Source: Candidatus Eiseniibacteriota bacterium (GTDB lineage: Bacteria; Eisenbacteria; RBG-16-71-46; DASYSL01). From it: 25,546 nt of DNA. The notes under the pieces are model-generated. The model had not been told where the DNA came from and did no database searches. It worked only from the letters and a program-made list of their open reading frames with translations. Made by a program: the position numbers and the translations under genes. The DNA lies in assembly GCA_040005445.1 (NCBI GenBank), contig JBDTYW010000001.1:1-25546 (forward strand), given 5' to 3'. Position 1 is the first letter of the stretch. Every line of letters starts with the position of its first letter. This document shows, piece by piece, positions 1-7,484 of the stretch.

Positions 1-37
1 TCCCATAGTTTCCCCTGCCGTTTCGCTGGAGGAATCC

Positions 38-3000
38 ATGAAGCGATTTTGGCCTGCGCTCGCGATGCTCGCGCTGGGCATCGTATCGGCGTCGTCGCCG
101 GCGAGCGCCCAGACGTGTTCGATCGGCGGGCACAACGAGACCAGTGAGAATTTTGCCGCTGCCTCCTGGGCGATTTCGAACATGTCGCCGGGCAGCGTTC
201 CCGGCGCCCTGCCCGGGACCCACCTCTTGATCAGCGAGGTCGCCCCACGGGGGGCGGGGACCGGCGCCGCTTCCGACTCGAGCGAGTACATCGAGATCTA
301 CAATCCGACGAGCCGCCCGGTCTCGCTCGACGACAAGTACATCAGCGACGACGCCAGCTATTACCGCATTGTCAACGGTCCCTACGCGGTCGCGAGCAAC
401 ACCGACTTCGCCCTGAGATTCCCCGCGGGGCTGTCGTTGCTCCCGGGTAGGACGCTCGTCCTGTGCGTGACCAAGGCCGGCTTCGCCGGTAGCGGCGCAT
501 CGGCGGGGTCGGCGCAGTACTTCCTCGAGATGAAGGACTCCAACGGCAGCGCGAGCGACGACATGGTGATCCTCACGCCGAACACAGTGTTCGCGCTGAG
601 CGGGGGCCTGCTCACGAACCCGAGCACGTCGAACGGCGAGTGGGTCGTGCTGTACTGCTGGAACGGGACCTCCGACCGCGTGTGCGACGTCGACTACGCG
701 AGCTGGGGCGCGAACTCGACGTCGAACGCGAAGATGGACAAGACGGGAGTCTCGATCGACGGCCCCGATCCGGGCGCGGCCACGTCCGCGTACAACGCGG
801 ACACGTCGGCGGCCTCGCAGAGCAATCTCGGCACGGCGGCGCTGGCCAAGCCCAACACCTACCAGCGCGTCGCTGCGGAGTCCGGCGAGGTCGCGCTCGG
901 CGGCAATGGCTGCCTCGGCCAGGCCGTGGTGGGCGCGGTCGACTGGGTGCCGGTGCGCGGCCCGACGGGCGAGCCCAATATCCGCTTTCACATCCGCTGG
1001 CAGAATCCGGATGGGGATGCGCCCTCGAGCCAGTTCAGCGGGCAGATGTCGTCGCAGATGTTCGGGGTGTTCCAACCGGACTATGGGCCGATCGGGCAGT
1101 TCACGGTTCCGCCGATGCAGCCCTCGAGCTTCTTCGACGTGTTCCTCGAAATCCCGCTGAGCCAGCTTCCCCCGCCGCCCCAGAAGATCCTGCCGGGCGG
1201 CGGCGCCGGCAAGCCGGGCACGGTCACGACCGCCGGCGGAGGCGCGCCGGTGGTGAACGTCGACTGCCCACCCGACACGAACTGGGCCGGCAACGTCGAC
1301 ATCGTCTGGTCCGGCAACGGGCAGGGCGGCCAGGTCAACAAGCACTATGGCGATCTGCTCACCTGCATCGGCGGTGCGCCGTCCTACATCCACGTGCGCG
1401 GCAGCAACTGTGCGGTGCCGATGCCGTGGACCGTCTCCGGCGTGTGTCCCGGCTACAGCGTCACGCTCGTGAACGAGGACCTGAGCCCCGCGCCGAACCC
1501 GGTGCCGGTGGGTTGGTCCGGCTATATCTGCGTCTCGGTGGCGCCGCCGGTGCCTTCCGGCACAAGCTGCTGCTTCGGGATCACGTTCATCTGCTCGGGC
1601 GCGGCCAGCACGATCGACATCTGCTCGACCGCGTGCGACTGCCAGCAGCACCCGCCGACGCTGAGCGCCGTCGACTGGACGACGAACGGCGGAATTGTCA
1701 CGTTCCACCAGCACTGGACGAATCCGAGTTCGAGCGATGCCTCGGACCCGGTGAGCGGCGACATGAGCTCGCAGGCGTTTGGCGTCTACCTGCCGAACTA
1801 CGGTCCGATCGGGCACTTCGACGTGCCGCCGATCGCCCCGTCGAGCTTCTTCGACGTGTTCTTCGACGTGCCGCTGTCGAGCCTGCCGCCGAACCCGGCG
1901 GTGACCGTGCCGGGCGGTCCGCCCGCGGCGGGCACCCCGTGCTACTTCGAAGGCCACTGGCACGGCAACGTCGACGTGAGCTGGAGCGGCCCCGGCGGAT
2001 CGGGGCAGGTCAACAAGCACTTCGGCGAGATGCCGGTGTGCCCGGGCGCGGCACCGACGACGCTGTTCGTCGAGACCTCGTGCGCCAGCACGACGGGTGC
2101 GACCTGGAGCATCGCGGGATTGTGCCCGGGCTTCAGCGCGACGCTGCTCAATACCGACAACACGCCGGCGCCGAACCCGGTGCCTCCGGGCTGGATCGGG
2201 CTGATCGCGGTCTCCGCCGCGCCCGGGACTCCGATCGGGGCCACGTGTTGCTTCACGGTCAACTTCGACTGCGGCGGCGTACCCGGCGTGATCGACGTGT
2301 GCGTGAAGGCCTGCGCCTGCACGCGGCCGCAACCCACGCTCGGGGTCCTCGACTGGACGCGGGTCGGCAGCGACATCCGCTTCCACATGCGGTGGGAGAA
2401 TCCGTCGAACTCGTCCGACACCGACCCGATCAATGGGCAGATGAACTCGCAGCCGTTCGGCGCGTTCGCTCCCGACTACGGGCCGATCGGGCAGTTCACG
2501 GTCCCGCCGATCGCGCCGTCGAGCTTCTTCGACGTCTTCTTCGACGTCGCGCTCAGCAGCCTGCCGCCGGAACCGCAGAAGATCCTGCCGGGCGGCGGAC
2601 CGAACGCGGTCGCGCCGAAGGGCGCTTCGACCGACTCGCAGTGCCCGCCCGACACGAGCTGGTCCGGCAATGTCGACATCAACTGGGCCGGGCCGGGAGC
2701 CGGAGGCCAGGTGAATCGGCACTTCACCGGGCTGCTGGTCAATCCGGGCGTCGGGTCGAGCCACGTGCACACGCTGATCTTCTGCAACGACCCGGTCGGG
2801 GCGTCGTGGACGATTGCCGGCCTGTGCCCGGGCTGGCACGCGACGCTGCTCAACGAGGACTTCACTCCGGCGCCGAACCCGGTTCCGCCCGGCTGGACGG
2901 GCTGGATCAGCGTCGCGGCGGATGCGGGCGTGCTTCCGGGCACGTCGTGCTGCTTCACCGTCACGTTCGTCTGCGACGGGCGGCCGGGCGTCATCGACGT

Positions 3001-3337
3001 CTGCGCCGAGGCCTGTTCCTGGGCCGTCAGCACCGACGTCGTCCCGAACCCGCAGGGGCTCGAGTTCGGCATCCTGCGCACCGCGCCGAATCCGTCGTCG
3101 GGCGACATGTCGATCGCGTTCGTGGTCCCGAAGAGCGATCACGTGTTCGTCGGCATCTACGATCTCGCCGGCCGGCGCGTGCGCACGCTCTATGCGGGCG
3201 CTGCGGAAGCCGGCGCCAAGTCGCTACGCTGGGACGGCCGCGGGGACGGCGGAATCCGCCTGTCGTCCGGCGCGTACTTCGTGAAGCTGGATGACGGCAT
3301 GCAGCAGACGACCCGGAAACTGTTGCTGACGAGGTAG
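38..3337 (+). CDS. Secreted protein: signal peptide, lamin-tail-domain-like N-terminus, three Cys-rich repeats, C-terminal FlgD Ig-like (T9SS-like) sorting domain
   Basis: GGAGGA RBS before the ATG; signal peptide [24 protein letters not shown]; LTD-like LLISEV...EYIEIYNPT...[10 protein letters not shown]; C-terminal PNPSS...[12 protein letters not shown]...WDGRGDGG...SGAYFVKL; GC-rich third codon positions. Confidence 0.9.
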   Translation: MKRFWPALAMLALGIVSASSPASAQTCSIGGHNETSENFAAASWAISNMSPGSVPGALPGTHLLISEVAPRGAGTGAASDSSEYIEIYNPTSRPVSLDDKYISDDASYYRIVNGPYAVASNTDFALRFPAGLSLLPGRTLVLCVTKAGFAGSGASAGSAQYFLEMKDSNGSASDDMVILTPNTVFALSGGLLTNPSTSNGEWVVLYCWNGTSDRVCDVDYASWGANSTSNAKMDKTGVSIDGPDPGAATSAYNADTSAASQSNLGTAALAKPNTYQRVAAESGEVALGGNGCLGQAVVGAVDWVPVRGPTGEPNIRFHIRWQNPDGDAPSSQFSGQMSSQMFGVFQPDYGPIGQFTVPPMQPSSFFDVFLEIPLSQLPPPPQKILPGGGAGKPGTVTTAGGGAPVVNVDCPPDTNWAGNVDIVWSGNGQGGQVNKHYGDLLTCIGGAPSYIHVRGSNCAVPMPWTVSGVCPGYSVTLVNEDLSPAPNPVPVGWSGYICVSVAPPVPSGTSCCFGITFICSGAASTIDICSTACDCQQHPPTLSAVDWTTNGGIVTFHQHWTNPSSSDASDPVSGDMSSQAFGVYLPNYGPIGHFDVPPIAPSSFFDVFFDVPLSSLPPNPAVTVPGGPPAAGTPCYFEGHWHGNVDVSWSGPGGSGQVNKHFGEMPVCPGAAPTTLFVETSCASTTGATWSIAGLCPGFSATLLNTDNTPAPNPVPPGWIGLIAVSAAPGTPIGATCCFTVNFDCGGVPGVIDVCVKACACTRPQPTLGVLDWTRVGSDIRFHMRWENPSNSSDTDPINGQMNSQPFGAFAPDYGPIGQFTVPPIAPSSFFDVFFDVALSSLPPEPQKILPGGGPNAVAPKGASTDSQCPPDTSWSGNVDINWAGPGAGGQVNRHFTGLLVNPGVGSSHVHTLIFCNDPVGASWTIAGLCPGWHATLLNEDFTPAPNPVPPGWTGWISVAADAGVLPGTSCCFTVTFVCDGRPGVIDVCAEACSWAVSTDVVPNPQGLEFGILRTAPNPSSGDMSIAFVVPKSDHVFVGIYDLAGRRVRTLYAGAAEAGAKSLRWDGRGDGGIRLSSGAYFVKLDDGMQQTTRKLLLTR
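929..1642 (+). repeat. Intragenic protein repeat 1 (238 aa)
   Basis: Motif order VDW...FH.RW.NP...YGPIGQF.VPP...SSFFDVF...GNVDI.W...GQVNKH...CPG...PAPNPVP.GW...CCF...ID.C. Confidence 0.9.
1661..2320 (+). repeat. Intragenic protein repeat 2 (220 aa)
   Basis: Same motif order as repeat 1; also visible in the DNA (tcgagcttcttcgacgt; gcgccgaacccggt). Confidence 0.9.
2339..3022 (+). repeat. Intragenic protein repeat 3 (228 aa)
   Basis: Same motif order as repeats 1 and 2. Confidence 0.9.
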
Positions 3338-3367
3338 GCGGGTCGTTCGTCGTCGTCGGCCGCAAAT

Positions 3368-3397
3368 CGGGCCCCGGGGAGCATTCCTCGGGGCCCG
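3368..3397. terminator. GC-rich hairpin between convergent genes (probable bidirectional terminator)
   Basis: cgggccccgggga-gcat-tcctcggggcccg: 13-bp stem with one G-U pair, 30 nt after the stop at 3337; no strong U-tract. Confidence 0.55.
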
Positions 3398-3456
3398 TCG
3401 CATTGCGCGCGAACCGTTCCCGACCTGCGGTTGCTCGGGATCGACCCGCCGTCGAT

Positions 3457-3719
3457 CTGAACGGGGGTCAGAAAGGTTCGCTCCTCGCGCCGGATGAATC
3501 GTCCCTCGTGCGCCTCGCGAAAGTTCGCCGCGCCCTGCGCGTCGGCGCGGATCCGCGTGCGGTAGGCTTCGTACGCCGCCAGGCTCTCGAAGGAGATCAG
3601 CCCGAACGCGACGTCATTCGTGCCCTCGTGCGGCATCCAGTAGCCCACGAGCGCGCCGCCGCAGCGCGGGATGATCTCGAGCCAGCGCCGCGCGTAGTCC
3701 TCGAACGCAGCGCGCGCAT
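3457..3719 (-). pseudogene. NIPSNAP-family protein, apparently broken
   Basis: Core [51 protein letters not shown]...EERTFL is NIPSNAP-like. The AGGAG-preceded ATG (3719) is out of frame with the core, the first beta-strand is missing, and there is no stop at the expected end. Confidence 0.7.
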
Positions 3720-3787
3720 GGGCGGCTCCTGTCGTCGGGGTGAACGGGTTTGCGTCTCGGCGCAAGCCTGGCGCAGGCGTCGCCCCG

Positions 3788-3813
3788 GATGCTTCGATGA
3801 CGGTCGAAGCATC
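3788..3813. promoter_or_regulatory. Palindromic operator, probably for the adjacent ArsR regulator
   Basis: Perfect inverted repeat GATGCTTCGA-N6-TCGAAGCATC between the divergent genes. Confidence 0.7.
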
Positions 3814-3829
3814 GGCGGCCGCATCGCTC

Positions 3830-3835
3830 TATAGT
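3830..3835 (+). promoter_or_regulatory. -10 element TATAGT of the arsR-like gene (leaderless transcript likely)
   Basis: TATAGT, 6 nt, then ATG at 3842; no Shine-Dalgarno sequence. Confidence 0.5.
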
Positions 3836-3841
3836 CATCCC

Positions 3842-4513
3842 ATGATTTCACGCCACCGATTGGCCGAGGTCGCCGCTCTGCTCGGGGATCCCGCGCGCGC
3901 GGGCATGGTGACCGCGTTGTGGGACGGCAGTGCGCGCCCCGCAGGGGAGCTCGCGCGCCTCGTCGGCGTCACGCCCGCGACCGCGAGCGCGCACCTCGCG
4001 AAGCTGGTCACCGGTGGCGTGCTGTGCGTCGAGCCACGCGGGCGTCACCGCTACTATCGCCTCGCCGGCCCGCCCGTCGCGCACGCGCTCGTGCCCGCGC
4101 CACCGGCTGCCCGCGCAAGAGCCACGGAGCCCGTGCCTCCGCTCCAACGCGCCCGCCTCTGCTATGACCACCTCGCCGGACAACTCGGAGTCGCGGTCAG
4201 CGACGGGCTGGTCTCCCGGCGCCTGCTCGTGCTCGAGGGCGGCGCGTATGCGCTGCCGCCGGCGGGGCGGCGCTGGTTCGAGAGGCTGGGCATCGAGGTG
4301 GGGGCGCTCGAGCGGGGTCGCCGCCCGCTGCTGCGCAGTTGCATTGACTGGACGGAGCGGCGGGAACATCTCGGGGGTGCGCTCGGCGCGGCGCTTGCGA
4401 CCCACCTGATCGAGCGCGATTGGCTGCGGAGGGAGCGTGGGGCGCGGTCGCTGCTCGTGACCACGGCCGGGCGGCGGGAACTCGCGCGCGCGCTCGGCCT
4501 GCGCATACCCTAG
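3842..4513 (+). CDS. ArsR/SmtB-family transcriptional regulator (CYDHLAG subtype)
   Basis: LGDPARAGMVTALWDG...GELARLVGVTPATASAHLAKL...GRHRYYRL; C-terminal CYDHLAG and CIDWTERREHLGG motifs. Start moved from 3740 to ATG 3842. Confidence 0.9.
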   Translation: MISRHRLAEVAALLGDPARAGMVTALWDGSARPAGELARLVGVTPATASAHLAKLVTGGVLCVEPRGRHRYYRLAGPPVAHALVPAPPAARARATEPVPPLQRARLCYDHLAGQLGVAVSDGLVSRRLLVLEGGAYALPPAGRRWFERLGIEVGALERGRRPLLRSCIDWTERREHLGGALGAALATHLIERDWLRRERGARSLLVTTAGRRELARALGLRIP

Positions 4514-5142
4514 GGCTGGATGTAGCCCTTGCGGATGGCGTAGCGGACGAGGCTCGCGGTCTCGTGGATGTCGAGCTTGGCGACGAGGCGGCGCCGGTGC
4601 GTCTCGACGGTCTTGACGCTGATCCCCAATTCGCCGGCGATCTCCTTCATCGACTGCCCCTCGGCGATCAGCTGCAGGACCTGGCGCTCCCGGCCACTCA
4701 GGCGCTCCGTCATCGCGGCCTCGTTCGCGCGAAACGCCCGCAGCGCCTCGCGCGAGACGCCCTCGCTCAGGTACAACGCCCCGCGCGACACCTCGTGGAT
4801 CGCCTGGACGAGGTCGGCCGAGGAGCGGGTCTTCAGTACGTAGCCGTTGACGCCCGCATAGAGCGCGTCGAGCACGTACTGTTCCTCGGTGTAGTTGGTC
4901 AGGATGATCGTCTTGGTGTCCGGCGACAGCTTCGCGATCTCGCGCGCCGCGTTCAGGCCGTTGAGGAGCGGCATCGCGAGATCGAGCACGGCCACGTCGG
5001 GACGGTGATGCTCGGTCAGTTTGACCGCCTGCCGGCCGTCGGCGGCCTCCCCGACCACCTCGAACTCCTCCTTCTCCAGCAAGCTCCGCAGGCCCTGGGC
5101 GAAGATCGGGTGGTCGTCGGCAATCAAAACGCGCAGGGACAT
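4510..5142 (-). CDS. NarL/FixJ-family response regulator (REC + LuxR HTH)
   Basis: IADDH...VLDLAMP (phospho-Asp)...YVLK; HTH LSGRERQVLQLIAEGQSMKEIA...KTVETHR. Confidence 0.95.
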   Translation of the reverse strand: MSLRVLIADDHPIFAQGLRSLLEKEEFEVVGEAADGRQAVKLTEHHRPDVAVLDLAMPLLNGLNAAREIAKLSPDTKTIILTNYTEEQYVLDALYAGVNGYVLKTRSSADLVQAIHEVSRGALYLSEGVSREALRAFRANEAAMTERLSGRERQVLQLIAEGQSMKEIAGELGISVKTVETHRRRLVAKLDIHETASLVRYAIRKGYIQP

Positions 5143-5144
5143 GG

Positions 5145-6104
5145 TCAGGCCTCCAGCGGAATCTGCATGAGCAACTCGGCGCCCTTGCCGGGCGCGGACG
5201 TGATCTGGAGCGTTCCCCGGAGGGAATCGAGCCTCTCCCGGATGCCGATGAGGCCGAGGCCGCGATCCCCGTCGAGCTCGATCGCCGTCTCGGGGTCGAA
5301 ACCGACGCCGTCGTCGATCACCCAGCAGGTGATCCCCAGCGGCTTGCGGACCACGCGCACCGTGATGTGCTTCGGATGGGCGTGCCTGATCGCGTTGTTC
5401 AGGGCCTCCTGGACCATGCGATAGAGCGCGGTCTCCACGGCCGGCGGGAGTCGCTCCTGCGGGGAGCCTTCGACCGCGATCGGCACGCCGGCCCGGTGCG
5501 AGACGCCCTTCGCGAGGAAGTCGAGGGCCGGGATCAGTCCGAGGTCGTCGAGGATCGTCGGCCTCAGCTCGTGAGCCAGGCGCCTCAACTGACGATCGAC
5601 CTCCCCGAGCAGGTCCCGGATATGGGACAGTTTTTCGGTGCCTTGCGGGGACAGGTCCCTCGCCAGTTCCTCGACGGCGAGGTGGGTCGAGGCAAGCAGC
5701 CCGCCGGCCTCTTCGTGCAGGGCGTGCGCGATGCGCTTCGCCTCGCCCTCGATACGATCGTTCATGTGGCGCAATGCGGCGATCGCTTCGCGATAGGAGC
5801 GGTGGCTCATCTCGAACGGCATCAGGCTCTCGACGAAGAATTCCTCGGCGCGCGAGATCAACGGCGGTTCGCCATTCGTGACTGACGGCGCGGGGATGAC
5901 CAGCTTCATCGCCTCGTGATGGAGCGCGGCGATGCCGAGCACGCCCGACCCGGCGGACAGGGCCTGACGGCCCAGCTCGTACGCCCTCTGCAACGCCGCC
6001 TCGCCCGGGTCCGCGAGATAGTCGCGAAGGGACTGCACGTACTTGCGCTGCAATTCGCTCAGGACCTTGCTCATGCGCGGGCTGCCGGACGTGTCTCGTC
6101 CCAT
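5145..6104 (-). CDS. Cytoplasmic histidine kinase: RsbU N-terminal-like domain + HisKA_3 + HATPase_c
   Basis: N-terminus Y..L..YL...GEAAL...H...EFFVESL aligns by eye to the RsbU N-domain; H-box IAHALHEE; N-box QEALNNAIRHA; G1 DDGVGF; G2 GLGLIGIRER; no TM segment. Start uncertain (6119, 6104 or 6074). Confidence 0.85.
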   Translation of the reverse strand: MGRDTSGSPRMSKVLSELQRKYVQSLRDYLADPGEAALQRAYELGRQALSAGSGVLGIAALHHEAMKLVIPAPSVTNGEPPLISRAEEFFVESLMPFEMSHRSYREAIAALRHMNDRIEGEAKRIAHALHEEAGGLLASTHLAVEELARDLSPQGTEKLSHIRDLLGEVDRQLRRLAHELRPTILDDLGLIPALDFLAKGVSHRAGVPIAVEGSPQERLPPAVETALYRMVQEALNNAIRHAHPKHITVRVVRKPLGITCWVIDDGVGFDPETAIELDGDRGLGLIGIRERLDSLRGTLQITSAPGKGAELLMQIPLEA

Positions 6105-6120
6105 CGAGTTTGTCCCCAAC

Positions 6121-6525
6121 TTACGTTCGCCACTTGCGCGCAGTCACGGTCGTCCCCTTGCCGATTTCCGAAATGACTTCCATCTGGTCCATCAATACGC
6201 GAACTCCCCGCAGACCCAGACTCGAAACCGCGTACCCCGCCTGTAGGACGAATGCGACATTGGGGATTCCCGGGCCGGAGTCGCGGGCGATCAATGTGAT
6301 CCCGGGCCGGTCGCCATTGCTGCTGGATTGGCTGAGGAGAATCTCCCCATTCCCGGCATAGTCGAGAATGTTGCGCGCCAACTCTGAAAGGGCCCCCGCG
6401 ATCATCGCCCGTTCGGCGAGCGGGAACCCCATCTCCGCGGCCATCGTTCGCGCAGCTTCGCGTGCCTTGATGACGTCCTGTTCGCTCGTAATGACCAAGC
6501 GGTCCTCGGATTTCGTAAGAGCCAG
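6121..6525 (-). CDS. rsbT: RsbT-like anti-sigma regulatory factor / serine kinase
   Basis: SEQDVIKAR...MGF...ALSELARNILDYAGNG...DSGPGI...LMD...GKGTTVTARKW follows RsbT along its length. Start uncertain (CTG 6525 or TTG 6498); the upstream part of the 6705 ORF looks non-coding. Confidence 0.85.
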   Translation of the reverse strand: MALTKSEDRLVITSEQDVIKAREAARTMAAEMGFPLAERAMIAGALSELARNILDYAGNGEILLSQSSSNGDRPGITLIARDSGPGIPNVAFVLQAGYAVSSLGLRGVRVLMDQMEVISEIGKGTTVTARKWRT

Positions 6526-7484
6526 TCCCGGACTTCCCGCGCGCAGGGCCGGGACAAGCCTCGATGTATGGGCGCCCACCGGAGAGGCGCATCCCAGGGC
6601 GACGATTCGCGCTCCTTCGCGCGAGAGCCAGCATAATCCCGACCCCCGGCCCCCGGACAAGGAAAACCTGCCGGGAACGGCTGAAGGGGGCGCGGCCCGC
6701 TCCAACCCGGTGGCCCCAGCCGCTTTCGGGAGCCGCCCAGGCTGGGTTCATTGTCGTTTGTTTCATGCGCCGACCTTCCGATACGGCCGCACTCGCCGGC
6801 TTGTGGCCGGTTGTGCGAGATCCTGTCACTCACGCGCGGACCGTGGATGATGTGATGGAACGGCGGCGCGCTGACGGGGAGCGCGACATCCAGGGCGAGT
6901 TCGAGACCTCGGTCGTGGAGAACCCGCAGTGTGCGCGCTCCCACGGCCAGATCCCGCACCGCGCGGGATACTCGACACGGATGTCGAAGTGGCCAGCACC
7001 TCTGACATCGTGCGCATACCCACGCGGCGCAAAGCTTGCGAGACCATCCTGACGAGGGCCAATGGATCACGAGATCATCAACGCACAATACATAAGCGAT
7101 GGAGTGCGACGCGCGCGATTGGGGCAATGCCTGATTATGCTGTCGGGTAATTCCGTACGATAGACCACGAAGAAGTGGCTGTGAGTCCGACTCGCGATCT
7201 TGTGCGCGATTGGCCTTGTGCTTCGCCGAACTCCGGAACACTGTCGGGAGAGTTCTCGCTCGATGCAGGAGGCGGTCCTTGAGATCCGGTCTCCGACTCG
7301 CAAGCGAGCCCACGAATCGCCTGACCAACCCGCCTCGGTTGGCCTGCGGTCGATCCCACCCGACCGCGCAGCGGCAACGATTCCGAAGGTTCCGAACATA
7401 GCTTCTATCTTTGCCTTCACGCCGACCGCGAGCAGTCGCGAGTCGTGCGACCGTCTTCGATCACCCCTGAACAGGAGCCCGTTC

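Noticed and set aside
1125-2545. Recurring tcgagcttcttcgacgt sequence as a possible CRISPR or DGR repeat
   Set aside because: Only three copies about 700 nt apart, in frame within protein repeats (SSFFDV); no spacers, cas genes or reverse transcriptase.
640-3294. 884-aa ORF overlapping the secreted protein in another + frame
   Set aside because: Arg/Gly/Ala-rich shadow frame typical of high-GC DNA; no motifs.
3190-3765. 191-aa ORF taken as an intact NIPSNAP protein
   Set aside because: Both ends are non-homologous; it crosses a terminator and overlaps the opposite gene. Treated as a pseudogene.
7020-7050. gcgcaaagc as part of a c-di-GMP-I riboswitch
   Set aside because: The P2 GAAA stem and other conserved elements are absent.
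7211-7226. TGGCCTTGTGCTTCGC as a sigma54 promoter
   Set aside because: The GG-to-GC spacing is one base too long, and sigma54 spacing is strict.
6402-7328. 308-aa minus ORF as a possible RsbS/RsbR STAS protein
   Set aside because: Only a vague LAVGARTLRVLHDRGLELAL resemblance; no D(S/T)xG phospho-site motif; the G/C periodicity favours the opposite strand.
7200-7484. 95-aa N-terminal extension of the ice-binding ORF
   Set aside because: The RBS and lipoprotein signal place the start at 7485.
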